Assembly (NCBI GenBank): GCA_040954595.2
Contig: CM082582.2
Coordinates: 4,944,303 to 5,008,302 of the forward strand
Source: Balanoglossus misakiensis
Lineage: Eukaryota > Animalia > Hemichordata
Reading direction: 5' to 3'
DNA length: 64,000 bases
Shown: positions 23,082 to 38,700 of the stretch, piece after piece
Layout of the letters: every line of letters starts with the position of its first letter
How positions within the stretch are numbered: position 1 is the first letter of the stretch
Made by a program: the position numbers and the translations under genes
The notes under the pieces: generated by a model
The model's database searches: none
What the model was told of the DNA's origin: nothing
The model's input: only the letters and a program-made list of their open reading frames with translations

Positions 23082-23217
23082 GATTAAAATCGCATGTAGG
23101 GTACGGCGACGTCTTTTACTTCGCGGTACGATATTCTTATGCTGTCGCCTCACACTACAGAAGAATACCGTACCGCGAAGTAAAAGACGTCGCCGTACCC
23201 TACATCTGATTTTAATC
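23082..23217. mobile_element. Palindromic MITE-like element; a related, internally deleted copy lies at about 58389-58466
   Basis: Arms gattaaaatc..atgtagggtacggcgacgtcttttacttcgcggtacg and cgtaccgcgaagtaaaagacgtcgccgtaccctacatc.gattttaatc. Confidence 0.8.
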
Positions 23218-23701
23218 AAATTGCCCACACTCCCAAGATACCCTTTATCGCTCGTGCCAAGCTCATTAAGTATGCAACTAGTGAACTGCGAAAAAGCATA
23301 GACCCTGGATCTGGGGTCAACGGATAAAGTTAATTCGAAGAAACTTGTATATTTTCATATGTTAAGCTATGATAAAACTATAACTTTCATAATTTATTAG
23401 AACATCTAGACAATTTATTAGCGTTTAGTGAGATAATTAAATTGTTTCGAGGAGGCACAGAAATTCCACATTCTAGGAACGTCACACACTGCGGTCTCTC
23501 TGGTCGCCCGCTTTAACATATTTCCTGGAAAAAATAGTAACAGACAGTGTACAGGGTTATCATACGTCTATTATGAGTTTACTAGATCATGGTTATGTGT
23601 CTGTGTATACGCCTCAAACATATATGTGTGTGTGTGTGTGTGTGTAATGGCCTAACAGAGTAAAACTAACACAAACACACTCACTCACACACACACACAC
23701 A

Positions 23702-26700
23702 CATGATTTTTTTCAAAAAATGAAGAAATTTTGAAATTTCGCAAAGTCGAAAAATTGTCATTTTTGGATGATTTTCATGAGCTATAACCCATGATTTTTT
23801 TCAAAAAATGAAGAAATTTTGAACTTCCGCAAAGTCGAAAAATTTTCATTTTTGGATGATATTCATGAGCTATAACCCATGATTTTTTTCAAAAAATGAA
23901 GAAATTTTGAACTTCCGCAAAGTCGAAAAATTGTCATTTTGGATGATTTTCATGAGCTATAACCCATGATTTTTTTTCAAAAACTGAAGAAATTTTGAAC
24001 TTCCGCAAAGTTGAAAAATTGTCATTTTGGATGATTTTCATGAGCTATAAACCATGATTTTTTTCAAAAATCGATGAAATTTTGAACTTTCGCAAAGTCA
24101 AAAAATTGTCATTTTTGGATGATTTTCATGAGCTATAACCCATGATTTTTTTCAAAAATTGAAGAAATTTTGAACTTTCGCAAAGTCGAAAAATATTCAT
24201 TTATGGATGATTTTCCTGAGCTATAACCCATGATTTTTTTCAAAAAATGAAGAAATTTTGAACTTCCGCAAAGTCGAAAAATTGTCATTTTTGGATGATA
24301 TTCATGAGCTATAACCCATGATTTTTTTCAAAAAATGAAGAAATTTTGAAATTTCGCAAAGTCGAAAAATTTTCATTTTTGGATGATTTTCATGAGCTAT
24401 AACCCATGATTTTTTTCAAAAATTAAAGAAATTTTGAACTTCCGCAAAGTCGAAAAATTGTCATTTTGGATGATTTTCATGAGCTATAACCCATGATTTT
24501 TTTTCAAAAACTGAAGAAATTTTGAAATTCCGCAAAGTCGAAAAATTGTCATTTTTGGATGATTTTCATGAGCTATAAACCATGATTTTTTTCAAAAATC
24601 GATGAAATTTTGAACTTTCGCAAAGTCGAAAAATTGTCATTTTTGGATGATTTTCATGAGCTATAACCCATGATTTTTTTCAAAAATTGAAGAAATTTTG
24701 AACTTTCGCAAAGTCGAAAAATATTCATTTATGGATCATTTTCCTGAGCTATAACCCATGATTTTTTTCAAAAAATGAAGAAATTTTGAACTTTCGCAAA
24801 GTCGAAAAATGGTCATTTTTGGATGATTTTCATGACCTATAACCCATGATTTTTTTCGCAAAGTCGAAAAATTGTCATTTTTGGATGATTTTCATGAGCT
24901 ATAACCCATGATTTTTTTCAAAAAATGAAGAAATTTTGAAATTTCGCAAAGTCGAAAAATTGTCATTTTTGGATGATTTTCATGAGCTATAACCCATGAT
25001 TTTTTTCAAAAATTGAAGAAATTTTGAACTTTCGCAAAGTCGAAAAATTGTCATTTTTGGGTGATTTTCATGAGCTATAACCCATGAATTTTTTCAAAAA
25101 ATGAAGAAATTTTGAAATTTCGCAAAGTCGAAAAATTGTCATTTTTGGATGATTTTCATGAGCTATAACCCATGATTTTTTTTCAAAAATTAAAGAAATT
25201 TTGAACTTTCGCAAAGTCGAAAAATTGTCATTTTTGGGTGATTTTCATGAGCTATAACCCATGAATTTTTTCAAAAAATGAAGAAATTTTGAAATTTCGC
25301 AAAGTCAAAAAATTGTCATTTTTGGATGATTTTCATGAGCTATAACCCATCATTTTTTTCAAAAATTGAAGAAATTTTGAACTTTCGCAAAGTCGAAAAA
25401 TTGTCATTTTACGATGTTTTTCATGAGCTATAACACATGATGTTTTTCAAAAAATAAAGAAATTTTGAAATTTCGCAAAGTCGAAAAATTGTCATTTTTG
25501 GATGATTTTCATGACCTATAACCCATGATTTTTTTCAAAAAATGAAGAAATTTTGATATTCCGCAAAGTCGAAAAATTGTCATTTTTGGATGATTTTCAT
25601 GAGCTATAACCCATGATTTTTTTCAAAAAATGAAGAAATTTTGAACTTCCGCAAAGTCGAAAAATTGTCATTTTTGGATGATTTTCATGAGCTATAACCC
25701 ATGATTTTTTTCAAAAATTGAAGAAATTTTGAACTTTCGCAAAGTCGAAAAATTGTCATTATTGGATGATTTTCATGAGCTATAACCCATGATTTTTTTC
25801 AAAAAATGAAGAAATTTTGATATTTCGCAAAGTCGAAAAATTGTCATTTTTGGATGATTTTCATGAGCTATAACCCATGATTTTTTTCAGAAATTAAAGA
25901 AATTTTGAACTTTCGCAAAGTCGAAAAATTGTCATTTTACGATGTTTTTCATGAGCTATAACACATGATGTTTTTCAAAAAATAAACAAATTTTGAAATT
26001 TCGCAAAGTCGAAAAATTGTCATTTTTGGATGATTTTCATGAGCTATAACCCATGATTTTTTTCAAAAAATGAAGAAATTTTGAACTCTCGCAAAGTCAA
26101 AAAATTGTCATTTTTGGATGATTTTCATGAGCTATAACCCATCATTTTTTTCAAAAATTGAAGAAATTTTGAACTTTCGCAAAGTCGAAAAATTGTCATT
26201 TTACGATGTTTTTCATGAGCTATAACACATGATGTTTTTCAAAAAATAAAGAAATTTTGAAATTTCGCAAAGTCGAAAAATTGTCATTTTTGGATGATTT
26301 TCATGACCTATAACCCATGATTTTTTTCAAAAAATGAAGAAATTTTGATATTCCGCAAAGTCGAAAAATTGTCATTTTTGGATGATTTTCATGAGCTATA
26401 ACCCATGATTTTTTTCAAAAAATGAAGAAATTTTGAACTTCCGCAAAGTCGAAAAATTGTCATTTTTGGATGATTTTCATGAGCTATAACCCATGATTTT
26501 TTTCAAAAATTGAAGAAATTTTGAACTTTCGCAAAGTCGAAAAATTGTCATTATTGGATGATTTTCATGAGCTATAACCCATGATTTTTTTCAAAAAATG
26601 AAGAAATTTTGATATTTCGCAAAGTCGAAAAATTGTCATTTTTGGATGATTTTCATGAGCTATAACCCATGATTTTTTTCAGAAATTAAAGAAATTTTGA

Positions 26701-29700
26701 ACTTTCGCAAAGTCGAAAAATTGTCATTTTACGATGTTTTTCATGAGCTATAACACATGATGTTTTTCAAAAAATAAACAAATTTTGAAATTTCGCAAAG
26801 TCGAAAAATTGTCATTTTTGGATGATTTTCATGAGCTATAACCCATGATTTTTTTCAAAAAATGAAGAAATTTTGAACTTCCGCAAAGTCGAAAAATTGT
26901 CATTTTTGGATGATTTTCATGAGCTATAACCCATGATTTTTTTCAAAAAATGAAGAAATTTTGAACTTCCGCAAAGTCAAAAATTGTCATTTTTGGATGA
27001 TTTTCATGAGCTATAACCCATGATTTTTTTCAAAAAATGAAGAAATTTTGAACTTTCGCAAAGTCGAAAAATTGTCATTTTAGGATGATTTTCATGAGCT
27101 ATAACCCATGATTTTTTTCAAAAAATGAAGAAATTTTGAAATTTCGCAAAGTCGAAAAATTGTCATTTTTGGATGATTTTCATGAGCTATAACCCATGAT
27201 TTTTTTCAAAAATTAAAGAAATTTTGAACTTTCGCAAAGTCGAAAAATTGTCATTTTTGGGTGATTTTCATGAGCTATAACCCATGAATTTTTTCAAAAA
27301 ATGAAGAAATTTTGAACTTCCGCAAAGTCGAAAAATTGTCATTTTTCGATGTTTTTCATGAGCTATAACACATGATGTTTTTCAAAAAATAAAGAAATTT
27401 TGAAATTTCGCAAAGTCGAAAAATTGTCATTTTTGGATGATTTTCATGAGCTATAACCCATGATTTTTTTCAAAAAATGAAGAAATTTTGAACTTCCGCA
27501 AAGTCAAAAAATTGTCATTTTTGGATAATTTTCATGAGCTATAACCCATGATTTTTTTCAAAAAATAAAGAAATTTTGAACTTCCGCAAATTCGAAAAAT
27601 TGTCATTTTGGATGATTTTCATGAGCTATAACCCATGATTTTTTTCAAAAAATAAAGAAATTTTGAAATTTCGCAAAGTCGAAAAATTGTCATTTTTGGA
27701 TGATTTTCATGAGCTATAACCAATGATTTTTTTCAAACAATGAAGAAATTTTGATATTCCGCAAAGTCGAAAAATTGTCATCTTTGGATGATTTTCATGA
27801 GCTATAACCCATGATTTTTTTCAAAAAATGAAGAAATTTTGAACTCTCGCAAAGTCAAAAAATTGTCATTTTTGGATGATTTTCATGAGCTATAACCCAT
27901 GATTTTTTTCAAAATTGAAGAAATTTTGAACTTTCGCAAAGTCGAAAAATTGTCATTTTTGGGTGATTTTCATGAGCTATAACCCATGAATTTTTTCAAA
28001 AAATGAAGAAATTTTGAACTTCCGCAAAGTCGAAAAATTGTCATTTTTGGATGATTTTCATGAGCTATAACCCATGATTTTTTTCAAAAAATGAAGAAAT
28101 TTTGAACTTCCGCAAAGTCAAAAATTGTCATTTTTGGATGATTTTCATGAGCTATAACCCATGATTTTATTCCAAAAATTGAAGAAATTTTGAACTTTCG
28201 CAAAGTCGAAAAATTGTCATTTTAGGATGATTTTCATGAGCTATAACCCATGATTTTTTTCAAAAAATGAAGAAATTTTGAAATTTCGCAAAGTCGAAAA
28301 ATTGTCATTTTTGGATGATTTTCATGAGCTATAACCCATGATTTTTTTCAAAAATTAAAGAAATTTTGAACTTTCGCAAAGTCGAAAAATTGTCATTTTT
28401 GGGTGATTTTCATGAGCTATAACCCATGAATTTTTTCAAAAAATGAAGAAAATTTTGAACTTCCGCAAAGTCGAAAAATTGTCATTTTTCGATGTTTTTC
28501 ATGAGCTATAACACATGATTTTTTTCAAAAAATGAAGAAATTTTGAAATTTCGCAAAGTCGAAAAATTGTCATTTTTGGATGATTTTCATGAGCTATAAC
28601 CCATGATTTTTTTCAAAAAATGAAGAAATTTTGAACTTCCGCAAAGTCGAAAAATTGTCATTTTTGGATGATTTTCATGAGCTATAACCCATGATTTTTT
28701 TCAAAAAATGAAGAAATTTTGAACTTCCGCAAAGTCAAAAATTGTCATTTTTGGATGATTTTCATGAGCTATAACCCATGATTTTTTTCAAAAAATGAAG
28801 AAATTTTGAACTTTCGCAAAGTCGAAAAATTGTCATTTTAGGACGATTTTCATGAGCTATAACCCATGATTTTTTTCAAAAAATGAAGAAATTTTGAAAT
28901 TTCGCAAAGTCGAAAAATTGTCATTTTTGGATGATTTTCATGAGCTATAACCCATGATTTTTTTCAAAAATTAAAGAAATTTTGAACTTTCGCAAAGTCG
29001 AAAAATTGTCATTTTTGGGTGATTTTCATGAGCTATAACCCATGAATTTTTTCAAAAAATGAAGAAATTTTGAACTTCCGCAAAGTCGAAAAATTGTCAT
29101 TTTTCGATGTTTTTCATGAGCTATAACACATGATGTTTTTCAAAAAATAAAGAAATTTTGAAATTTCGCAAAGTCGAAAAATTGTCATTTTTGGATGATT
29201 TTCATGAGCTATAACCCATGATTTTTTTCAAAAAATGAAGAAATTTTGAACTTCCGAAAAGTCAAAAAATTGTCATTTTTGGATAATTTTCATGAGCTAT
29301 AACCCATGATTTTTTTCAAAAAATAAAGAAATTTTGAACTTCCGCAAAGTCGAAAAATTGTCATTTTTGGATGATTTTCATGAGCTATAACCAATGATTT
29401 TTTTCAAACAATGAAGAAATTTTGATATTCCGCAAAGTCGAAAAATTGTCATCTTTGGATGATTTTCATGAGCTATAACCCATGATGTTTTTCAAAAAAT
29501 AAAGAAATTTTGAAATTTCGCAAAGTCGAAAAATTGTCATTTTTGGATGATTTTCATGAGCTATAACCCATGATTTTTTTCAAAAAATGAAGAAATTTGA
29601 ACTTCCGCAAAGTCAAAAAATTGTCATTTTTGGATGATTTTCATGAGCTATAACCCATGATTTTTTTCAAAAAATGAAGAAATTTTGAACTCTCGCAAAG

Positions 29701-32700
29701 TCAAAAAATTGTCATTTTTGGATGATTTTCATGAGCTATAACCCATGATTTTTTTCAAAATTGAAGAAATTTTGAACTTTCGCAAAGTCGAAAAATTGTC
29801 ATTTTTGGATGATTTTCATGAGCTATAACCCATGATTTTTTTCAAAAATCGAAGAAATGTTGAACTTTCGCAAAGTCGAAAAATTGTCATTTTTGAATCA
29901 TTTTCATGAGCTATAACCCATGATTTTTTTCAAAAAATGAAGAAATTTTGAACTTCCGCAAAGTCAAAAAATTGTCATTTTACGATGTTTTTCATGAGCT
30001 ATAACACATGATGTTTTTCAAAAAATAAACAAATTTTAAAATTTCGCAAAGTCGAAAAATTGTCATTTTTGGATGATTTTCATGAGCTATAACCCATGAT
30101 TTTTTTCAAAAAATGAAGAAATTTTGAACTTCCGCAAAGTCGAAAAATTGTCATTTTTGGATGATTTTCATGAGCTATAACCCATGATTTTTTTCAAAAA
30201 AATGAAGAAATTTTGAACTTCCGCAAAGTCAAAAATTGTCATTTTTGGATGATTTTCATGAGCTATAACCCATGATTTTTTTCAAAAAATGAAGAAATTT
30301 TGAACTTCCGCAAAGTCGAAAAATTGTCATTTTACGATGTTTTTCATGAGCTATAACACATGATGTTTTTCAAAAAATAAACAAATTTTAAAATTTCGCA
30401 AAGTCGAAAAATTGTCATTTTTGGATGATTTTCATGAGCTATAACCCATGATTTTTTTCAAAAAATGAAGAAATTTTGAACTTCCGCAAAGTCGAAAAAT
30501 TGTCATTTTTGGATGATTTTCATGAGCTATAACCCATGATTTTTTTCAAAAAAATGAAGAAATTTTGAACTTCCGCAAAGTCAAAAATTGTCATTTTTGG
30601 ATGATTTTCATGAGCTATAACCCATGATTTTTTTCAAAAAATGAAGAAATTTTGAACTTTCGCAAAGTCGAAAAATTGTCATTTTAGGATGATTTTCATG
30701 AGCTATAACCCATGATTTTTTTCAAAAAATGAAGAAATTTTGAAATTTCGCAAAGTCGAAAAATTGTCATTTTTGGATGATTTTCATGAGCTATAACCCA
30801 TGATTTTTTTCAAAAATTAAAGAAATTTTGAACTTTCGCAAAGTCGAAAAATTGTCATTTTTGGGTGATTTTCATGAGCTATAACCCATGATTTTTTTCA
30901 AAAAATGAAGAAATTTTGAACTTCCGCAAAGTCGAAAAATTGTCATTTTTCGATGTTTTTCATGAGCTATAACACATGATGTTTTTCAAAAAATAAAGAA
31001 ATTTTGAAATTTCGCAAAGTCGAAAAATTGTCATTTTTGGATGATTTTCATGAGCTATAACCCATGATTTTTTTCAAAAAATGAAGAAATTTTGAACTTC
31101 CGCAAAGTCAAAAAATTGTCATTTTTGGATGATTTTCATGAGCTATAACCCATGATTTTTTTCAAAAAATAAAGAAATTTTGAACTTCCGCAAAGTCGAA
31201 AAATTGTCATTTTTGGATGATTTTCATGAGCTATAACCCATGATTTTTTTCAAAAAATAAAGAAATTTTGAAATTTCGCAAAGTCGAAAAATTGTCATTT
31301 TTGGATGATTTTCATGAGCTATAACCAATGATTTTTTTCAAACAATGAAGAAATTTTGATATTCCGCAAAGTCGAAAAATTGTCATCTTTGGATGATTTT
31401 CATGAGCTATAACCCATGATTTTTTTCAAAAAATGAAGAAATTTTGATATTCCGCAAAGTCGAAAAATTGTCATCTTTGGATGATTTTCATGAGCTATAA
31501 CCCATGATTTTTTTCAAAAAATGAAGAAATTTTGAACTCTCGCAAAGTCAAAAAATTGTCATTTTTGGATGATTTTCATGAGCTATAACCCATGATTTTT
31601 TTCAAAATTGAAGAAATTTTGAACTTTAGCAAAGTCGAAAAATTGTCATTTTTGGGTGATTTTCATGAGCTATAACCCATGAATTTTTTCAAAAAATGAA
31701 GAAAATTTTGAACTTCCGCAAAGTCGAAAAATTGTCATTTTTCGATGTTTTTCATGAGCTATAACACATGATGTTTTTCAAAAAATAAAGAAATTTTGAA
31801 ATTTCGCAAAGTCGAAAAATTGTCATTTTTGGATGATTTTCATGAGCTATAACCCATGATTTTTTTCAAAAAATGAAGAAATTTTGAACTTCCGCAAAGT
31901 CAAAAAATTGTCATTTTTGGATGATTTTCATGAGCTATAACCCATGATTTTTTTCAAACAATGAAGAAATTTTGATATTCCGCAAAGTCGAAAAATTGTC
32001 ATCTTTGGATGATTTTCATGAGCTATAACCCATGATTTTTTTCAAAAAATGAAGAAATTTTGAACTCTCGCAAAGTCAAAAAATTGTCATTTTTGGATGA
32101 TTTTCATGAGCTATAACCCATGATTTTTTTCAAAATTGAAGAAATTTTGAACTTTCGCAAAGTCGAAAAATTGTCATTTTTGGATGATTTTCATGAGCTA
32201 TAACCCATGATTTTTTTCAAAAATCGAAGAAATGTTGAACTTTCGCAAAGTCGAAAAATTGTCATTTTTGAATCATTTTCATGAGCTATAACCCATGATT
32301 TTTTTCAAAAAATGAAGAAATTTTGAACTTCCGCAAAGTCAAAAAATTGTCATTTTACGATGTTTTTCATGAGCTATAACACATGATGTTTTTCAAAAAA
32401 TAAAGAAATTTTGAAATTTCGCAAAGTCGAAAAATTGTCATTTTTGGATGATTTTCATGACCTATAACCCATGATTTTTTTCAAAAAATGAAGAAATTTT
32501 GATATTCCGCAAAGTCGAAAAATTGTCATTTTTGGATGATTTTCATGAGCTATAACCCATGATTTTTTTCAAAAAATGAAGAAATTTTGAACTTCCGCAA
32601 AGTCGAAAAATTGTCATTTTTGGATGATTTTCATGAGCTATAACCCATGATTTTTTTCAAAAATTGAAGAAATTTTGAACTTTCGCAAAGTCGAAAAATT

Positions 32701-35700
32701 GTCATTATTGGATGATTTTCATGAGCTATAACCCATGATTTTTTTCAAAAAATGAAGAAATTTTGATATTTCGCAAAGTCGAAAAATTGTCATTTTTGGA
32801 TGATTTTCATGAGCTATAACCCATGATTTTTTTCAGAAATTAAAGAAATTTTGAACTTTCGCAAAGTCGAAAAATTGTCATTTTACGATGTTTTTCATGA
32901 GCTATAACACATGATGTTTTTCAAAAAATAAACAAATTTTAAAATTTCGCAAAGTCGAAAAATTGTCATTTTTGGATGATTTTCATGAGCTATAACCCAT
33001 GATTTTTTTTCAAAAAATGAAGAAATTTTGAACTTCCGCAAAGTCGAAAAATTGTCATTTTTGGATGATTTTCATGAGCTATAACCCATGATTTTTTTCA
33101 AAAAAATGAAGAAATTTTGAACTTCCGCAAAGTCAAAAATTGTCATTTTTGGATGATTTTCATGAGCTATAACCCATGATTTTTTTCAAAAAATGAAGAA
33201 ATTTTGAACTTTCGCAAAGTCGAAAAATTGTCATTTTAGGATGATTTTCATGAGCTATAACCCATGATTTTTTTCAAAAAATGAAGAAATTTTGAAATTT
33301 CGCAAAGTCGAAAAATTGTCATTTTTGGATGATTTTCATGAGCTATAACCCATGATTTTTTTCAAAAATTAAAGAAATTTTGAACTTTCGCAAAGTCGAA
33401 AAATTGTCATTTTTGGGTGATTTTCATGAGCTATAACCCATGAATTTTTTCAAAAAATGAAGAAATTTTGAACTTCCGCAAAGTCGAAAAATTGTCATTT
33501 TTCGATGTTTTTCATGAGCTATAACACATGATGTTTTTCAAAAAATAAAGAAATTTTGAAATTTCGCAAAGTCGAAAAATTGTCATTTTTGGATGATTTT
33601 CATGAGCTATAACCCATGATTTTTTTCAAAAAATGAAGAAATTTTGAACTTCCGCAAAGTCAAAAAATTGTCATTTTTGGATGATTTTCATGAGCTATAA
33701 CCCATGATTTTTTTCAAAAAATGAAGAAATTTTGAAATTTCGCAAAGTCGAAAAATTGTCATTTTTGGATGATTTTCATGAGCTATAACCCATGATTTTT
33801 TTCAAAAATTAAAGAAATTTTGAACTTTCGCAAAGTCGAAAAATTGTCATTTTTGGGTGATTTTCATGAGCTATAACCCATGAATTTTTTCAAAAAATGA
33901 AGAAATTTTGAACTTCCGCAAAGTCGAAAAATTGTCATTTTTCGATGTTTTTCATGAGCTATAACACATGATGTTTTTCAAAAAATAAAGAAATTTTGAA
34001 ATTTCGCAAAGTCGAAAAATTGTCATTTTTGGATGATTTTCATGAGCTATAACCCATGATTTTTTTCAAAAAATGAAGAAATTTTGAACTTCCGCAAAGT
34101 CAAAAAATTGTCATTTTTGGATGATTTTCATGAGCTATAACCCATGATTTTTTTCAAAAAATAAAGAAATTTTGAACTTCCGCAAAGTCGAAAAATTGTC
34201 ATTTTTGGATGATTTTCATGAGCTATAACCCATGATTTTTTTCAAAAAATAAAGAAATTTTGAAATTTCGCAAAGTCGAAAAATTGTCATTTTTGGATGA
34301 TTTTCATGAGCTATAACCAATGATTTTTTTCAAACAATGAAGAAATTTTGATATTCCGCAAAGTCGAAAAATTGTCATCTTTGGATGATTTTCATGAGCT
34401 ATAACCCATGATTTTTTTCAAAAAATGAAGAAATTTTGAACTCTCGCAAAGTCAAAAAATTGTCATTTTTGGATGATTTTCATGAGCTATAACCCATGAT
34501 TTTTTTCAAAATTGAAGAAATTTTGAACTTTCGCAAAGTCGAAAAATTGTCATTTTTGGGTGATTTTCATGAGCTATAACCCATGAATTTTTTCAAAAAA
34601 TGAAGAAATTTTGAACTTCCGCAAAGTCGAAAAATTGTCATTTTATGATGATTTTCATGAGCTATAACCCATGATTTTTTTCAAAAAATGAAGAAATTTT
34701 GAAATTTCGCAAAGTCGAAAATTTGTCATTTTTGGATGATTTTCATGAGCTATAACCCATGATTTTTTTCAAAAATTAAAGAAATTTTGAACTTTCGCAA
34801 AGTCGAAAAATTGTCATTTTTGGATGATATTCATGAGCTATAACCCATGAATTTTTTCAAAAAATGAAGAAATTTTGAACTTCCGCAAAGTCGAAAAATT
34901 GTCATTTTTCGATGTTTTTCATGAGCTATAACACATGATGTTTTTCAAAAAATAAAGAAATTTTGAAATTTCGCAAAGTCGAAAAATTGTCATTTTTGGA
35001 TGATTTTCATGAGCTATAACCCATGATTTTTTTCAAAAAATGAAGAAATTTTGAACTTCCGCAAAGTCAAAAATTGTCATTTTTGGATGATTTTCATGAG
35101 CTATAACCCATGATTTTATTCCAAAAATTGAAGAAATTTTGAACTTTCGCAAAGTCGAAAAATTGTCATTTTAGGATGATTTTCATGAGCTATAACCCAT
35201 GATTTTTTTCAAAAAATGAAGAAATTTTGAAATTTCGCAAAGTCGAAAAATTGTCATTTTTGGATGATTTTCATGAGCTATAACCCATGATTTTTTTCAA
35301 AAATTAAAGAAATTTTGAACTTTCGCAAAGTCGAAAAATTGTCATTTTTGGGTGATTTTCATGAGCTATAACCCATGAATTTTTTCAAAAAATGAAGAAA
35401 TTTGGAACTTCCGCAAAGTCGAAAAATTGTCATTTTTCGATGTTTTTCATGAGCTATAACACATGATGTTTTTCAAAAAATAAAGAAATTTTGAAATTTC
35501 GCAAAGTCGAAAAATTGTCATTTTTGGATGATTTTCATGAGCTATAACCCATGATTTTTTTCAAAAAATGAAGAAATTTTGAACTTCCGCAAAGTCAAAA
35601 AATTGTCATTTTTGGATGATTTTCATGAGCTATAACCCATGATTTTTTTCAAAAAATAAAGAAATTTTGAACTTCCGCAAAGTCGAAAAATTGTCATTTT

Positions 35701-38700
35701 TGGATGATTTTCATGAGCTATAACCCATGATTTTTTTCAAAAAATAAAGAAATTTTGAAATTTCGCAAAGTCGAAAAATTGTCATTTTTGGATGATTTTC
35801 ATGAGCTATAACCCATGATTTTTTTCAAACAATGAAGAAATTTTGATATTCCGCAAAGTCGAAAAATTGTCATCTTTGGATGATTTTCATGAGCTATAAC
35901 CCATGATTTTTTTCAAAAAATGAAGAAATTTTGAACTCTCGCAAAGTCAAAAAATTGTCATTTTTGGATGATTTTCATGAGCTATAACCCATGATTTTTT
36001 TCAAAATTGAAGAAATTTTGAACTTACGCAAAGTCGAAAAATTGTCATTTTTGGATGATTTTCATGAGCTATAACCCATGATTTTTTTCAAAAATCGAAG
36101 AAATGTTGAACTTTCGCAAAGTCGAAAAATTGTCATTTTTGAATCATTTTCATGAGCTATAACCCATGATTTTTTTCAAAAAATGAAGAAATTTTGAACT
36201 TCCGCAAAGTCAAAAATTGTCATTTTTGGATGATTTTCATGAGCTATAACCCATGATTTTTTTCAAAAATTGAAGAAATTTTGAACTTTCGCAATGTCGA
36301 AAAATTGTCATTTTAGGATGATTTTCATGAGCTATAACCCATGATTTTTTTCAAAAAATTAAGAAATTTTGAAATTTCGCAAAGTCGAAAAATTGTCATT
36401 TTTGGATGATTTTCATGAGCTATAACCCATGATTTTTTTCAAAAATTAAAGAAATTTTGAACTTTCGCAAAGTCGAAAAATTGTCATTTTTGGGTGATTT
36501 TCATGAGCTATAACCCATGAATTTTTTCAAAAAATGAAGAAATTTTGAACTTTCGCAAAGTCGAAAAATTGTCATTTTTCGATGTTTTTCATGAGCTATA
36601 ACACATGATGTTTTTCAAAAAATAAAGAAATTTTGAAATTTCGCAAAGTCGAAAAATTGTCATTTTTGGATGATTTTCATGAGCTATAACCCATGATTTT
36701 TTTCAAAAAATGAAGAAATTTTGAACTTCCGCAAAGTCAAAAAATTGTCATTTTTGGATGATTTTCATGAGCTATAACCCATGATTTTTTTCAAAAAAAA
36801 AGAAATTTTTAACTTCCGCAAAGTCGAAAAATTGTCATTTTTGGATGATTTTCATGAGCTATAACCCATGATTTTTTTCAAAAAATAAAGAAATTTTGAA
36901 ATTTCGCAAAGTCGAAAAATTGTCATTTTTGGATGATTTTCATGAGCTATAACCCATGATTTTTTTCAAACAATGAAGAAATTTTGATATTCCGCAAAGT
37001 CGAAAAATTGTCATCTTTGGATGATTTTCATGAGCTATAACCCATGATTTTTTTCAAAAAATGAAGAAATTTTGAACTTCCGCAAAGTCAAAAAATTGTC
37101 ATTTTTGGATGATTTTCATGAGCTATAACCCATGATTTTTTTCAAAATTGAAGAAATTTTGAACTTTCGCAAAGTCGAAAAATTGTCATTTTTGGATGAT
37201 TTTCATGAGCTATAACCCATGATTTTTTTCAAAAATCGAAGAAATTTTGAACTTTCGCAAAGTCGAAAAATTGTCATTTTTGGATCATTTTCATGAGCCA
37301 TAACCCATGATTTTTTTCAAAAAATGAAGAAATTTTGAAATTCCGCAAAGTCGAAAAATTGTCATTTTTGGATGATTTTCATGAGCTATAACGCATGATT
37401 TTTTCAAAAAATAAAGCAATTTTGAACTTTCGCAAAGTCGAAAAATTGTCATTTTTGGATGATTTTCATGAGCTGTAACCCATGATTTTTTCAAAAAAAA
37501 AAGCAATTTTGAACTTTCGCAAAGTCGAAAAATTGTCATTTTTGGATGATTTTCATGAGCTGTAACCCATGATTTTTTTCAAAAATTGAAGAAATTTTGA
37601 ACTTTCGCAAAGTCGAAAAATTGTCATTTTTGGATGATTTTCATGAGCTATAACCCATGTTTTTTTCAAAAAATGAAGAAATTTTGAACTTTTGCAAAGT
37701 CGAAAAATTGTCATTTTGGATGATTTTAATTTCATGAGCTATAACCCATGATTTTTTTCAAAAAATGAAAAAATTTTGAAATTTCGCAAAGTCGAAAAAT
37801 TGTCATTTTTGGATGATTTTCATGAGCTATAACCCATGATTTTTTTCCAAAAAATGAAGAAATTTTGAACTTCCGCAAAGTCGAAAAATTGTCATTTTTG
37901 GATGATATTCATGAGCTATAACCCATGATTTTTTTCAAAAAATAAAGCAATTTTGAACTTTCGTAAAGTCGAAAAATTTTCATTTTTGGATGATTTTCAT
38001 GAGCTATAACCCATGATTTTCTTTTCAAAAATTGAAGAAATTTTGAACTTCCGCAAAGTCAAAAAATTGTCATTTTTGGATGATTTTCATGAGCTATAAA
38101 CCATGATTTTTTTCAAAAATTGAAGAAATTTTGAACTTCCGCAAAGTCAAAAAATTGTCATTTTTGGATGATTTTCATGAGCTATAAACCATGATTTTTT
38201 TCAAAAATTGAAGAAATTTTGAACTTTCGCAAAGTCGAAAAATATTCATTTATGGATGATTTTCATGAGCTATAACCCATGATTTTTTTCAAAAAATGAA
38301 GAAATTTTGAACTTTCGCAAAGTCGAAAAATGGTCATTTTTGGATGATTTTCATGACCTATAACCCATGATTATTTTCGCAAAGTCGAAAAATTGTCATT
38401 TTTGGATGATTTTCATGAGCTATATCCCATGATTTTTTTTCAAAAATTGAAGAAATTTTGAACTTCCGCAAAGTCGAAAAATTGTCATTTTTGGATGATT
38501 TTCATGAGCTATAAACCATGATTTTTTTCAAAAATTGAAGAAATTTCGAACTTTCGCAAAGTCGAAAAATTGTCATTTTTGGATGATTTTTATGAGCTAA
38601 AACCCATGATTTTTTTTCAAAAAATGAAGAAATTTTGAACTTTCGCAAAGTCGAAAAATTGTCATTTTTGGATGATTTTCATGAGCTATAACCCATGATT

